64,000 nucleotides of DNA from Perkinsus chesapeaki ATCC PRA-425. Taxonomy: Eukaryota; Protista; Perkinsozoa. Position numbers and translations under genes: made by a program. This document shows positions 51,937-63,953 of this stretch, one piece after another (positions within the stretch are counted from its first letter, which is position 1; every line of letters starts with the position of its first letter). The notes under the pieces are model-generated. The model had not been told where the DNA came from. It saw only the letters and a program-made list of their open reading frames with translations, and did not search any database. The stretch covers positions 1-64,000 of the forward strand of contig JAAPAO010000072.1 of assembly GCA_013115145.1 (NCBI GenBank). The letters run 5' to 3'.

Positions 51937-52841
51937 TTAATCGCCGTCGTCGTCATCATCATCGGAAAACTCCAAACCCTTGGTTCGTTTTCGCGAGCTC
52001 GACAATCTTCTATTCGGATTAACAACGCTCATGTGGTGCCTTCTCTTTGACGGTGGTCGACTGCTAGGGGTGGGTGTTGATGGGCTCAACGGAATCCCAG
52101 AGCTGGAGCTGAAGGAAAGGACAGTTGCTGGCACGGAGTAAACCAATACTGGTGTAGATAGGAGTAAACCAATACTGGTGTAGATATTATCTACTAGATA
52201 AGGTAAGACATTACGCATATACACTCTAACAAATGGGAATAATCTACTTTTGGACTTACCCAGTAGCTTCTAGATCCTTCATGTCGGCCTTCATTTTATC
52301 GATATCATTTTTAAGTCGGTTAATTTCTGTTGCAAGTGCTGCAATGAGTTCACCCTGCCGTTGGGTTTTACGGAGATCCAAACGACCACTGATACGTCCC
52401 AGATTAGTAATAGTGTAAAAGTAGTGGACGAGGGCGATGTCAGAATCTAAGGGAGGAGCGGTATCATCAATCACAACGACAATGGAAGCTCCACATCGTG
52501 AGGGAGTGTTTACCTGACGCGTCACATTCAATGGAACATCCTTCAGAGTCGGCCAAAGCAGGGAGGAGCATTTCAGTTGCGAAATTCTCGGCCGCTTTTC
52601 GCATCTCCTCTGAGGTCTGTTCTGCACCAGTGATGCCTATCAAAGGTTACACTCTACAGTCTTTTGCATTTTTACCAATAGCTTCCCGTAGCCGTAGAAT
52701 GTCCGAGACTTCAAAGTCTTTCACAAACTCCACCGCTGATACACTTGCGGCTACTCGAAGTATGATTTCTTGTTCGCCATCGAAGCAGGCCAAAACCGAG
52801 GTGTGATCAGGCAGCGTTATAACACTTTTCAGAGAGAGCAT
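51937..52841 (-). CDS. XRCC4/PAXX-like protein A (head + coiled coil + SVVNP..GLEF tail)
   Basis: Spliced product has a beta/alpha head, heptad coiled coil LIAALATEINRLKNDIDKMKADMKDLE and C-terminus SVVNPNRRLSSSRKRTKGLEFSDDDD. The family call is inference. Confidence 0.55.
52135..52186. repeat. Perfect 26-nt tandem duplication (probably intronic)
   Basis: GGAGTAAACCAATACTGGTGTAGATA x2. Confidence 0.9.
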
Positions 52842-53106
52842 TTACGAGAAAGCTTCATTTCCTGTGCAATTAATAGCATCATATACTTTATTTCATACAA
52901 AACTCGCCATCTCAGCGAGCTCATACAATTTAGACTGTTCGAACTTTAGAGTATGCAGGTTTTCACCCACGGACCGTGGGCCATGATGAATGCGAAAGTG
53001 AGGTACCTCCTACGTCGTGTAGGCTGACTGTCTCTCGACTCGGCAACCTGCGTACTATTCAACACAACTGCATGTAATTCACAATATAGGAAACCGCACA
53101 ATAAAC

Positions 53107-54201
53107 TCATTCATGTTTCAACTTTTTGTCCGATGATTCTTCCAACGGTGTCCCTCCCGAGTCGGCAATCGCTGCTCGCTTTGTTCCACTGTTGGCCTTG
53201 ATACTATCACACAGTGCTGCCTTAACCTTCTCGCTGAAAGAAAGACAAACCTCTTGTGAGCGTCAAAGTCTCACCAGATGTTGCAAGAATAACTACAATG
53301 AGCTTACTCGAAACAATACATTCCCACTATACGCTCAGAAACGTGCAACTATCAACTTATATGACCATATAATATCATAATATATGTTGATGACTATCAA
53401 CATATAATCTTTCTAATACTTATTAACCTTCTATGATAGACTGGAACGGCTGAATGAAATATCGTACAGGCTATACAACTGCTCGCTTACCACTCGGTTT
53501 TAGAAGCGTCCAATAGCTCTTCAGTCTCTTTTAACTTCTTGCCTAACTCAGCTACTTTCCCGTTTAACCGGATAACCTCTTCTGATAACGCATCATTCAA
53601 AGTTTCATAATTAGACATCCGCTCATTCAGCTTAAACTGTCCTTTCATTTCGCCATAGTCTTGTACAGGAAAGCGAAAGGTTACAACACATTCCTCTGAC
53701 ATAAGACAACTGTTGAATTAATCCGTTTGGTAATAACCACCGTTTGGTAAATTAGTTTCCGGCGAACATAGAGAGTATAGATCATACTTCAGCGTAACAG
53801 AGTTAACATTGTTCTGTGTATTAGTGGATTAGGCTTCCTTTCAAGACAGCCTACCATTTTCTAATTCGACTTTACATTTTGATCTTTGGGCAAGGGCCGG
53901 TAACAACGACTTTGTTGCGCATTCGCATGCTGATCGTTTCCGCGCGGCCACACTAGTGTCCATATCGTTGAAGGTGATCCCTAATCACAATGGAAATGAC
54001 TTTACCGAGGTTCGCTGACTTACCAAGGGCAAGTCGAAGCTTTATTAGCTCGTCTGGATCAAAGTACTTTACGTATTCTTTCCCTTTAACCGTCGCGTAA
54101 ATAGTTATTCTGATGCCTCTTCGTGGGTCACGGTGAACTAGGCTTACAAGAAGGGTAAGGCCGTCGAAGTAACCCTTTACCACAGATTCAACAGATGTCA
54201 T
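53107..54201 (-). CDS. Tandem paralog B of the 51937-52841 gene
   Basis: EYVKYFDPDELIKLRLALG/ITF..KSLLPALA aligns with EFVKDFEVSDILRLREAIG/ITG..EMLLPALA, with an intron at the same phase-1 Gly; coiled coil and basic tail. Confidence 0.65.
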
Positions 54202-54329
54202 ACAAAAAGGCAAGTCGGCAGGACAGGATTCACTGTTGAACACAAACCACAAGTAGAATCTCTCAAACACTACTGATAACGATGATTTCAATACCACCTC
54301 CGATTGACGGGAAAAGTTAAAAAATGATA

Positions 54330-55284
54330 CTAGTCGCTGGGACAGCCCCACATTTGCTTAAATCTTGGCACTAACACAGCCAAGAAGGCACCAGAGCCTC
54401 CAAGGTAGCAAGACTTCACCAAAAAGCCAGCATAGAGTCCAGCCAGCCCACGCTTGGATGCGATATCGGCAGCGGTCTTGAACATATCAGTGACGCCTGA
54501 AACAAAGTAGGCCGGAGATAGAGGGGCGCGAACGATCTCTGGATTGAAGGTGTCGGCTATTGCTTGCTTTTGGATGACGGTACGAACAACATCACACCAA
54601 CAGTTAATTGCTGTGCCAAACACACCAGCACAGAAACCTCCAGCTGTATCGGACATCGTACCACGACCAAATATCTTATCGGTTTGTTCGCGGAAGATAT
54701 CCAAGGAGAAGAAGTAACCACCAGTCCAAAGCATTTGGCGGAGCTGCATTCCGGTGTACCCGATATATAGCCCAACCACGCCACGTGTACGGATGAGGTG
54801 CCTGAAGATGTTATGTATTGTCATTATCAAAGGTACCATGACCTTACCTCATAGTGTCGGCAGTCCCTTTGAATTTACCTTCAGCATCCAGCTGTTGCGC
54901 TAACTTGGCGTTCTCGAAAGGTGAGATTGCAATGACTTCCGGGATGGTGGCGAGCGAGCCGGCAATGCCCTTCGAGAATGGCGTGCCGTCCTTCTGTTTG
55001 GTACCGAAAACCCTCTGATGGAAGATCGGTTGCAACCAAAACTTGATAACTCTCGAAAAGGTTGCACGAACCATTTCAGCTCCCAACCCTTTCGATACAA
55101 ACCCGCCAGCGCCGTGGGTCTGGTAGAAATTTTTCACAAGTGTTGGCACGGACGAGCGTTGGCCGGAGGCTTGAGCCATCACCAATGCACGAACGATGTC
55201 AACTGGGTACATCGCAAAAGCGGTCACAACGGCGGCACCGGTCACAGGGGGAAGGGTGTCCAAGGCAGATGGGGGATTAGGCAT
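54330..55284 (-). CDS. Mitochondrial carrier (SLC25 family), 2 exons
   Basis: Three repeats with Px(D/E)xx(R/K) signatures: YPVDIVR, SPFENAK and degenerate CWCDVVR. Confidence 0.9.
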
Positions 55285-55405
55285 GGTAGAAAAAAGGAGA
55301 CGACACTTACAGATGGCACAAAGTAATCAGAATCTTGCTCCACTTGCTCTCCCTAGGCAGTTCCTCAACGCAAGATGGGCTACATGGAGGGACACAATAA
55401 GGTAT

Positions 55406-56576
55406 CTAAATTTCAGTGGACTCTAGGAGCTCAGGAACGCTCGGAGGGGGTGGGATGAATAAATCAAGCGCGCCAGGATATAGCGAGTCTAACTTATTGG
55501 CTCTGTCTTCACCAATACGGTCCACGTATCTAGCGGAGCGAAGCGATTCATATATCACTTTTTGGAATGGGCGACCTGCTTACCCTTTCCATGCACGTTC
55601 ACCTTCCCCTTCCCTCTTCTCCCACATTTTCAATAAATCAGAATATGACACCACAGCGCCAAACTCAGAGATATCTCTCATCCGAATGAACTTACCGGTC
55701 GACGCACTCGACGAAGATACTCTAATAAAACGAACAATGCAAAAAGCGCTCGCCCAGATGATCGATTTCTATCGGGCCTACTCTTCGACGGCGGCCTTGA
55801 ACATTGCCTCTGCCATCACTGCATTGCCTTCAACCTCAAAATTGATGCCTTTTGTGACCAAAGCACGGGCGACGTACCTGAACCATAGTTAGAGAAATAC
55901 CCGCGTTGTAAGGACACACGTCTTTTTGATCTCCTCGTTCGGGATTGTCTCGCACAACTTCAGCGCGGTATCGTCCTTCTCGACCAACTTACCGTGAGCC
56001 TCTTTACATTGCTGGACGAGGGGAGCATCAAACCAACTAGATAACAAAAGATACAAAAGAGCTCAGATTGATGGTAACTTACTGATCCTTCAGCACGGCA
56101 GTCGCCACAGGTACACCATCCTTCAATGCAGCCTCAGCCTTAGACGCCACAGCACCTCTCAAGGCGAGTTGGGTAAATCCTTCACCGAGCAGACTAACAC
56201 TATTGGCAGCCGAGAAGGATTGAGCAGCGGCATCCAAGAACCCTTCATGCCTAAGAAAAAATGAAGTCGTATAAGCACGTCGACACTTACCATTGCGCAA
56301 TGCCAGCTAGCATATCACACAGTGCGGTCTCCGCCTCCATACGCGCCGGGCTGAAGACGTCGTGACCTGAAGGAAGACCAGTCCGCCAGAGACACAAGGC
56401 GACGGCTTACAGCGCTGAATGAGAACTCTTGCGGGCTGCCATTTGCCGGCCTCTGCAAGCTTCAATGCTTCATTGAAATCAGGCAACTGTCGGGCACTGG
56501 TTGAGAGGGATCGAATGCCGCTGCCGAGGATCGAACTTGCGCCTGATTTACTCGCTATAGATAATGGTGACATCAT
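55406..56576 (-). CDS. Mitochondrially targeted helical (TPR-like) protein, multi-exon
   Basis: Presequence-like MMSPLSIASKSGASSILGSGIRSLST; exons ..YVARALVTKGINFEVEGNAVMAEAMFKAAVE.. and ..VSYSDLLKMWEKREGEG..; ends PPPPSVPELLESTEI. Confidence 0.6.
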
Positions 56577-56936
56577 TTTATCAAAAATATAACAACTGAG
56601 CGTGTGCATTCTTGCACGCCACAAAATTGCAACACAACAACTACAGCGAGTGAAAATCTATTAATCCCACTTAGACGTTCTTCCACGTTTATCACTCGCG
56701 TGGCTTCTATCATCTCGATCTGATAAAACCACATTTCTAGCGGAGCGATGCAGCTGTAGTTGATTCACCTCTTTTCCCCAACGAAGGGAACTGTGCTAAG
56801 CCCACTGTTTTTGCCGCCACGTTACGGTCACCGAATGCTCGCTTAACTCCAGGAGCGTAGATGTCATCATCGGCACATTCTGAGGGGGGGCAACTTATCG
56901 TATTGAATCACACACATGAGAATATATTATTATGAG

Positions 56937-57016
56937 ACATATTCATAAGTTGTATTTATTGTGCTCCAGTGGAGCACAATAAATACAACTTATGAATATG
57001 TGGAGCAGCTCCACAT
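56937..57016. repeat. Perfect 32-bp inverted repeat (1-nt spacer) overlapping a 9-bp inverted repeat
   Basis: ACATATTCATAAGTTGTATTTATTGTGCTCCA-G-TGGAGCACAATAAATACAACTTATGAATATGT, then ATGTGGAGC-A-GCTCCACAT. Confidence 0.95.
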
Positions 57017-57126
57017 CGCTGCTACTACTGTAATTACTATCCCTACTAGTTAATACAATCATTGCTGACTTACGAATTTCATCACGGTAGGTGAGAAATG
57101 TGAATCGATAACTTGATGATAGAACA

Positions 57127-60100
57127 TTATTTCCTATCTATCGAGAATACCCCCGCGAACCTCTGTCGATGTCTACACCCTTCAGGGGTAACTCGACGAG
57201 CAAATCTTACGGCGTAACTCAGCCGATGACGTAGTCCAATATGATTCGGTCTTAAATGACGATGCTTACCATTAAGATCGACATCACCTCCGATCACAAC
57301 AGCCTTCTTGGTGGTATCTTCTTGAGAATGCGACGACACCTAAAAACCTTCTAACATACACATCGTTCGAGCAGCTTACAAATTTCTGCCCAAATCTGGC
57401 CGAGCTTGCTGTCGCCGGCTTTCCCTCAGAGTAGCCAAGTCCGTGCCGTTGCTGCGGTCCTCCACCAAGTGTTGCTCTCTTGAAACCTTTGGCAGTTTTG
57501 TGGCCGAGCTCACGGGCGGCTAAAAGTGAATAACTGGAGAAATGCACTTCCACGGAGACCGACCTGCAAACGGAGGGAACTCCAAAGCATAGTCCATCAA
57601 TTGCGATGGAACCTCCTGGAAGACAATATTGTGGCGCGTGAAGCATTCCCCCAGCTGATCTACCTGTTGTGATTTTTCCATATACTCAACCAATTCAGCA
57701 GCCATCTTCGCCGAATTCTCCCTCTTGACCAGTAAGGTGGTAGCATGACCGCTATGACCAGCCCTACCAGTACGGCCCAATCGATGGGTATGTGTAGTGA
57801 GATTGCCTTGTGGAGAACGACCAATACGGAGTCGACCATCATCCTGCTATACCTGTTACTTACCCGACATATCGTAACATATGACTTCTTTAACTGTTGG
57901 TATATCGAGGCCTCTACTCGCTACATCAGTCGCTACCAACACCTTCGTCTTGCGTGAGCGGAAGTCCGACATTATCTGCTTGAGTTGTAAATGCGTAAAA
58001 GTAAACATCAAATTGTTAAGTACACATTAATACAGTGAAATAAACAAAATTTAATATCGCTAACTGATTTCAATGTCGACACATATCTGCCATTATTCAC
58101 CAAGTTGCTGATTGAGCGGAGCCATGGAGATTTGGGCTAAAAACTTATTAAATACCAATTGAAAAGCATTGTTCGTTCTGTTGTGATATTCCTTTAATAT
58201 CGGCGGCATAAAGTACGGTATCAGACTTATAAAAATAGTGTGACCCAAAGGGCTGAAAAGCCCTGGTCCTATCAGCTTGATGGGACTTTGAGCCATCGCG
58301 AATTTTTCTCGGTTACTATTTCCATTTCTGGTGAACCACAAGGAATAGAAACCAACAATGTGCAAGCAAACTATTTCTCTTACCAAGTCATGCCCAAGCA
58401 CAGATGACAGCATTCCTATCTACACCGCCTCGCCGCCTCCGCCGCTGTCACTCACCTTCATTCGCTCATTCTGATCCGAGTCACCATGCAAAGCCTCACA
58501 CGGTATCGACATGAACTCCTTGATCGCCACTGCAAGTTCTGATGCCGCCGACTTCTGGTTCACAAATATCAACACTTGACCATCCTGAGACATAATCTGC
58601 ACGCATGCACAAGGTAATATGATTCTTCCTAACCTCTTCTTGAGCTTCGTCTAAGATTCGTGGAAGGTTCTCAGATAACCAATTGAACTTGTCGTCCTTT
58701 TCATCAAGAACCACCACTTCCTGTGCAACGGCGTGAGCGGCTCCACCGGTGGTGGCGCTCGCACCGACAAATAGTCTCACAGGGTTCCTGAATTCGACCT
58801 ATATCGTATGTTACTCGCTTAACCTTAAGATACCTCATGATATCACGTGCTAGCCTTTCAATCTTCGGCGGCATAGTCGCCGAGAACAACATCGTTTGTC
58901 GATCAGGTCGTACTCTTTGCACCAAACAACGTACCTTCATCAAAACGTAATTCCTGAAGCGCTCCGCTCCGCCGTACTTGTTTCTCAAAGCCCATATTAA
59001 GCATCCGATCTGCCTCATCTAACACCACCCACGCAGTGTCTCCAGTAAGAGACATTCCGTGCTCCTTGACAATGTCAATGCATCTACGAAATCGCCACAT
59101 TTCGACAGCGAAGCGAAGCACAGGGATTATTCTCCTCACCGGCCTGGGTTCGCCACGACTATATCGCAATTGCCTTTCCTCAAATCTTTAAACTGTTCAT
59201 ATTTTGATAAGCCTCCGGCCAACGTAGTGCCTGAGATAATGTGTATCTTTCGACCTTCAACCTCAAGATACGATTGTGTGCAGCTGTCCCCTTTTTTGTG
59301 TGCTCACTTGTGATTCCAATATGCCTTCCCAATTTATAAATCGTTTTTTCTATCTGCACCGCCAGCTCCCTCGTCGGGCACAAAATCTGTCAAAAAGTGA
59401 CAATTCGAGCGGCGGAGCGAAGCAGATGGATCTCACAAGGGCAAAAGGGCTAGCAGGATGCTCCTTGGTGACAACTGATCGACTGGATGTATCGGCCTGC
59501 TCCTTATGATACATGATGTGCATCACAACCGGCATTAAATAGGCAAGTGTCTTCCCGCTGCCTGAAACGAGCTCAGATGTCCCAGCCCGGTTTCGAACCA
59601 TAGGCTTTTAGAATGCGAAACATACACCCTAACCGTTCCGCCACTCAGTCTCTACCTGTATCAGCGATAGCCATGACATCCCTTCCTGCCAATACCGATG
59701 GTATTGCAGCACACTGAATCGGAGTCGGTTTCTGCCAGACCAAAATACTAAATCGATCACGTGTTCGATTTCTTCACCTCAAACTTAGCATGCTTTAAAG
59801 CCTCTGCAACAGCCAGCGGAGGGCAACACTGTTCGAATGTCGACACTGCCCGAGGGACCTGGAGCGATTATCGAAAAGTCCGGGAATTAGCTAAATTGCG
59901 GCGGCCTTACCGATTGGCCCGTTGCCGATATGCATTTTTCTTTATTAAACTTCCTAACCTCCACATCGGACATTCCGCTAACTTCCGGATCCGCTTTGTA
60001 CGGCCATCTAACGTACATACCCAAAAATGCCAAAACAAAAATCGCTTCGCTCCGCTGTCGTTACCTGTGAACTGTAGGATATTCCTTTCCCTCATGGTCC

Positions 60101-61009
60101 ATCGGTGGCAATACTTCCATTGCTTTCTTCCGACGATCGAGTATCTCATCTTCCGGTGTCATCTCCGAGTCATCATCATTATCTTCCTCAGTGACCCCTG
60201 TACTGCTGCCACCAAGGCTCATGCCAGCCTCCTGACAAACCAGCACCGTATCCAGTAAGATGTAGTATTTACAAACCACTCAAGGAATGCTCAAAGGCCC
60301 CTCCCGCGACTTGGGCAGTTCCGCCACAATCATGAACAACTATACCGTAAAAATACGGAGTTTTAGGCAATCAAAAAAGTCTTGAAAGCCGCGCAAAGGC
60401 CTCTCACCTTTTTTCTCCTCTCAAAAGCCTCAATTGCAGTTTCTTCATCATCATTACCCATTATCTCACCTTCATTCCGATACTGAAAACGATAAAACAA
60501 GTACATCGCTCCGCTGTAAAAACGTGCCATGTATTACATTTTTGGTAACAGTTTTCTCATTAGCTATCTCAGTCTCAATACCAGCCATGAAGGCATCTAA
60601 CGGGTCCACTTCGCCTTTGCCCTGCCCCCCAGCAGCGACGCCTGTGAATGGTAACAAAGACATTATTGGACGATCTATTGCCGGATCGAATCTGTCCGTA
60701 TTGCCAGAGTACTACTACTACAACTACACTGCGCAACGCATTCCTGGAAATCAGAGTTATGCGCCATATTTCCTCAAAGACTGATTTCTTCCATCATATA
60801 ACATCACAGTCTCCCCTTTAACCGGGTTTTTGGAAAACCCGAAACCCGCTTGAATTTATAGTACTATCACCTCCTTCCCCTCCTCCTCCTATTGTCGTAT
60901 CCTTCTTTGACTCTGCCTTATTCTTCTTATCCTGCTCTTCATCAATCTGATCGAATATATTTTTTTTAGCCGCTGATCGATTAGAGGACGCTTTAGCCTT
61001 GAAGAACAT
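57127..61009 (-). CDS. DEAD-box RNA helicase, DDX42-like (many exons; 3' end approximate)
   Basis: [74 protein letters not shown]. Confidence 0.88.
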
Positions 61010-61281
61010 GATGAGAAATAAGAACACTGAAACAGTAAGGAAATCCTCCGCCTTTAGACCTACTCGTCGAGGACCGGGGAGCATTCCTAGTGCCGAGGAG
61101 ATCATACCATCAAGTCGGACTTCTTACGGACTGGATAATCTTACGCTATCCACGAAACAACAATACAGGGAAATAATGATTTGGAATTTATGGACACCAC
61201 GGTTACCAAGCGACGAATAGTTGATAATTGGATATTAATCAGGCGTATAACCAAAATCTTTATAGTGCGCAAAGATACTTT

Positions 61282-62652
61282 CTAGTCCAAGCTCATAATA
61301 GATACATCATCGTCATCATCGTCTTCCTCTTGCACCTCCTAAACAATAGATTGCAGCCCAAGCTGAATGACTTCCTACCACAACAGGTGCGTTGAATTGG
61401 CTTCGCCGACCCTCCTCTGGCATACCAACTTTCCGCGAAATCTCGGCCCCAGATACCCCCACGGGCTTCTACAAATCAAGACAATAATGTGGCGCGCGGT
61501 CAGGGGGTAAGATGTACCTCTACACGCTCCCAGCCAGCGTTTAAATTCTCCCTCTTCAACGCTGGCACGTTCCTGAATAATGGTCTGTCGATAATAATAT
61601 TTTGGAGTCCTGCAGTGTATTGATTATCACAGTACTACTCTAGGTAGTCCACGGAGTCTCTGGCAGAGATTGATGATATAGAAATGACACCCAATACTAT
61701 CATTTCTATCGTGTGGTCATTCCTTTGACCAGATATTTGATCGTGCTGGTGTACGAGTACAACTGCTCGGCTGCTGCTCCACCCCCACTATCACTAGTAG
61801 ATACTAAAGCCCTTTACACATAGACTATCACAGTATTATACACGGCCTCATGCCACGTTATAATCAATATATAATATTATTAAGTCATTATAAACCCCTC
61901 CCTTACTTTTCCGGTATAACATTATTGCCAATTAAATCCACCCTAGCAACCAAAGGCTGTCCTCCATCAGTCAGTCTAATCTCTGCCGTCAGTATCCTTC
62001 CACTTGGTCGTTCATTCAATGTCCTCTGTAATCGTTTACGATGGTCATCTCCGACAACATGTCCAGCGAATACGCGGACGTTGTCGAGTAGGGAGCAACA
62101 GAGGGGGCAGTAAATCGGAGCCACTTCCCCAAAATCTGCAGAAGCCGCTAAGATATCTTTTTCGATTCCATCACGCCAATCGTCGATCTCAGAAGTTCGT
62201 AAGGTAGGAAACAGCCTCCTCTCTTTCCGCTGAACCTTCACGCGCCTCGAAATTGTTGCTCCGGTCCTAACCCCAAGATAGCCTCCAATTTTAGGGTCCC
62301 TTCTCGCGCGTGCTGCATGGTCGACGCAATTCGATATTGTGAGTTCGCTCGACAAGTACACCAAAATATTTTCCATGGCTTCCCGTTCGATCGGTCCTTC
62401 GCAGTCCCGAGCACATAACTGCACCGATCGCATTTTCTGATAATTATCCTTTTCAGGGCGCGCAAGAATCACTAATTTTCCTCGACATTCATCTGAGGCT
62501 TTCCACTCCAAAAAGGTATTTTCTTTGGTCGACCTGAAGAAGCCTTCATCAGTGAGTGCTGTTAGGAACATGTGAACAGCTGGCAGAGGGACCGTTGATA
62601 GAGTCATAGTCGACGACGAGGACGACGAGGTACCGTTACGTTTAAGCATCAA
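61282..62652 (-). CDS. Zinc-finger (U1/matrin-type C2H2) protein with possible winged-helix C-terminus
   Basis: CPLCCSLLDNVRVFAGHVVGDDHRKRL; downstream exon ARGVSGAEISRKVGMP; acidic terminus. Confidence 0.45.
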
Positions 62653-63465
62653 TCATAAAACAAATAAAAGCACTGATATTAAAGTATAACATTACAAACC
62701 TATGCTTCTCTGTAGAGGAGAACCATAGTTGGCAGAGCTGGAATGTCAATTACTCATCCCTTATAAAGGACTACTAGCGAAGTAACATTCCTAAATCCGG
62801 CAAGGTAATTGAAGAGCAATTCGCTCTGACTGGTTTTGCGAGGGCAACATTATCCGCCGGCCTCTGGTGGATAACATTTGCCGGGTATATGGGAACCTGG
62901 AATATCTAAACGAGATGGCAGTAAGACTACGGTCGACTCTTGCCATCCCCAGTCATCAGTATGCATGCCTACAATCACTTACGAAGCCGCAACACATCGT
63001 CCGATGTAGTCGGGCAATAGGATGGGATGATTTCTATCATCACGTATTAAAGCTTCAAATATGATCCCTGTAACGAAAATCTACGGACGTCATAAATCGA
63101 TCCGCAGTCTCATGGTTCAGCATTCCTATCTTGCCAAGTACCAAATAGAATTCCGCCCACTTCTCAGTCATCAGCACGAACTGTACTACAGTGCACCGGC
63201 AAAACCCAAAATAGTGTAGAGTCAATTCCATGGGAGGAGTCGCAGGTGCCTTTTACGCAACGGCAATACGTCTGATCCGTGTTGTTCCCGTATAGAGCCA
63301 GAAAATTGCGTACTGATGTTGCTTAAGTCTTTGTTAAAAAGACACTTTCATGTGTCGATAAATGACCGATAAGATTAGAAATAATCATTATGTATCCCGA
63401 GTAACGCAACATGACTAAATTGATGATGAAGTGTATTAACGATGAAGTTGATAAAATGTAATATA

Positions 63466-63867
63466 TCAATTCACTGTATCCTTCCTGACATAAGTAATAT
63501 ACCCCTTGTTGATGGTGGGCAGATATAGAAATTGATAATGACTCATACCAGTCATTTTCCAAGTTAAAGAGTCTCTTGTCAAGGCCCCAGCAGATTCCTC
63601 GACCATTCGATCACACTCCTCATTGAACACGTCAATCGTCCACTCTCCTTGAGTATAAGTACTGTTGTAGTTACAATAATAGGTTTCAACTTCCGTTCCT
63701 CCTTTACGATGAGTCAGATCGGCAGATTGATCGTTGTGAAAGACGATCTTATTCAGATAGTAGCCGGACCACTTGGGGTACATAGGTAAATAGGTACCAT
63801 CTAATGCAGTAGCATTATCGCCAAACATAACAGCGATTCCCACATAAAAGATAAGGCAAGCTTTCAT
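63466..63867 (-). CDS. Small secreted protein (133 aa), paralog of 50006-50392
   Basis: Signal peptide MKACLIFYVGIAVMFG; DGTYLPMYPKWSGYYLNKIVF, YYCNY, MVEESAGAL. Confidence 0.8.
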   Translation of the reverse strand: MKACLIFYVGIAVMFGDNATALDGTYLPMYPKWSGYYLNKIVFHNDQSADLTHRKGGTEVETYYCNYNSTYTQGEWTIDVFNEECDRMVEESAGALTRDSLTWKMTGMSHYQFLYLPTINKGYITYVRKDTVN

Positions 63868-63938
63868 GTCGATTAGGATGGAGCAGCTCGAATACGAAAC
63901 AACATCAAGCCTCCCCGTGACGCCTCCTTAGCATTTAC

Positions 63939-63953
63939 TGTGGAGCGGCGCTG
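63939..63953 (-). promoter_or_regulatory. Conserved upstream 15-mer (CAGCGCCGCTCCACA on the gene strand)
   Basis: Identical to 50465-50479. Confidence 0.6.

Noticed and set aside
55160-55180. Spliced-leader relic (ATGGCTCAAG on the minus strand)
   Set aside because: Lies within carrier coding sequence (VMAQAS); only 9-10 nt match the SL 3' end.
55416-55892. 158-aa plus-strand ORF
   Set aside because: Antisense to the spliced exons of the 55406-56576 gene.
56505-56545. tRNA T-arm-like AGTTCGATCCTCGGCAGCGGCATT on the minus strand
   Set aside because: Falls in the presumed mitochondrial presequence coding region; the stem does not pair well.
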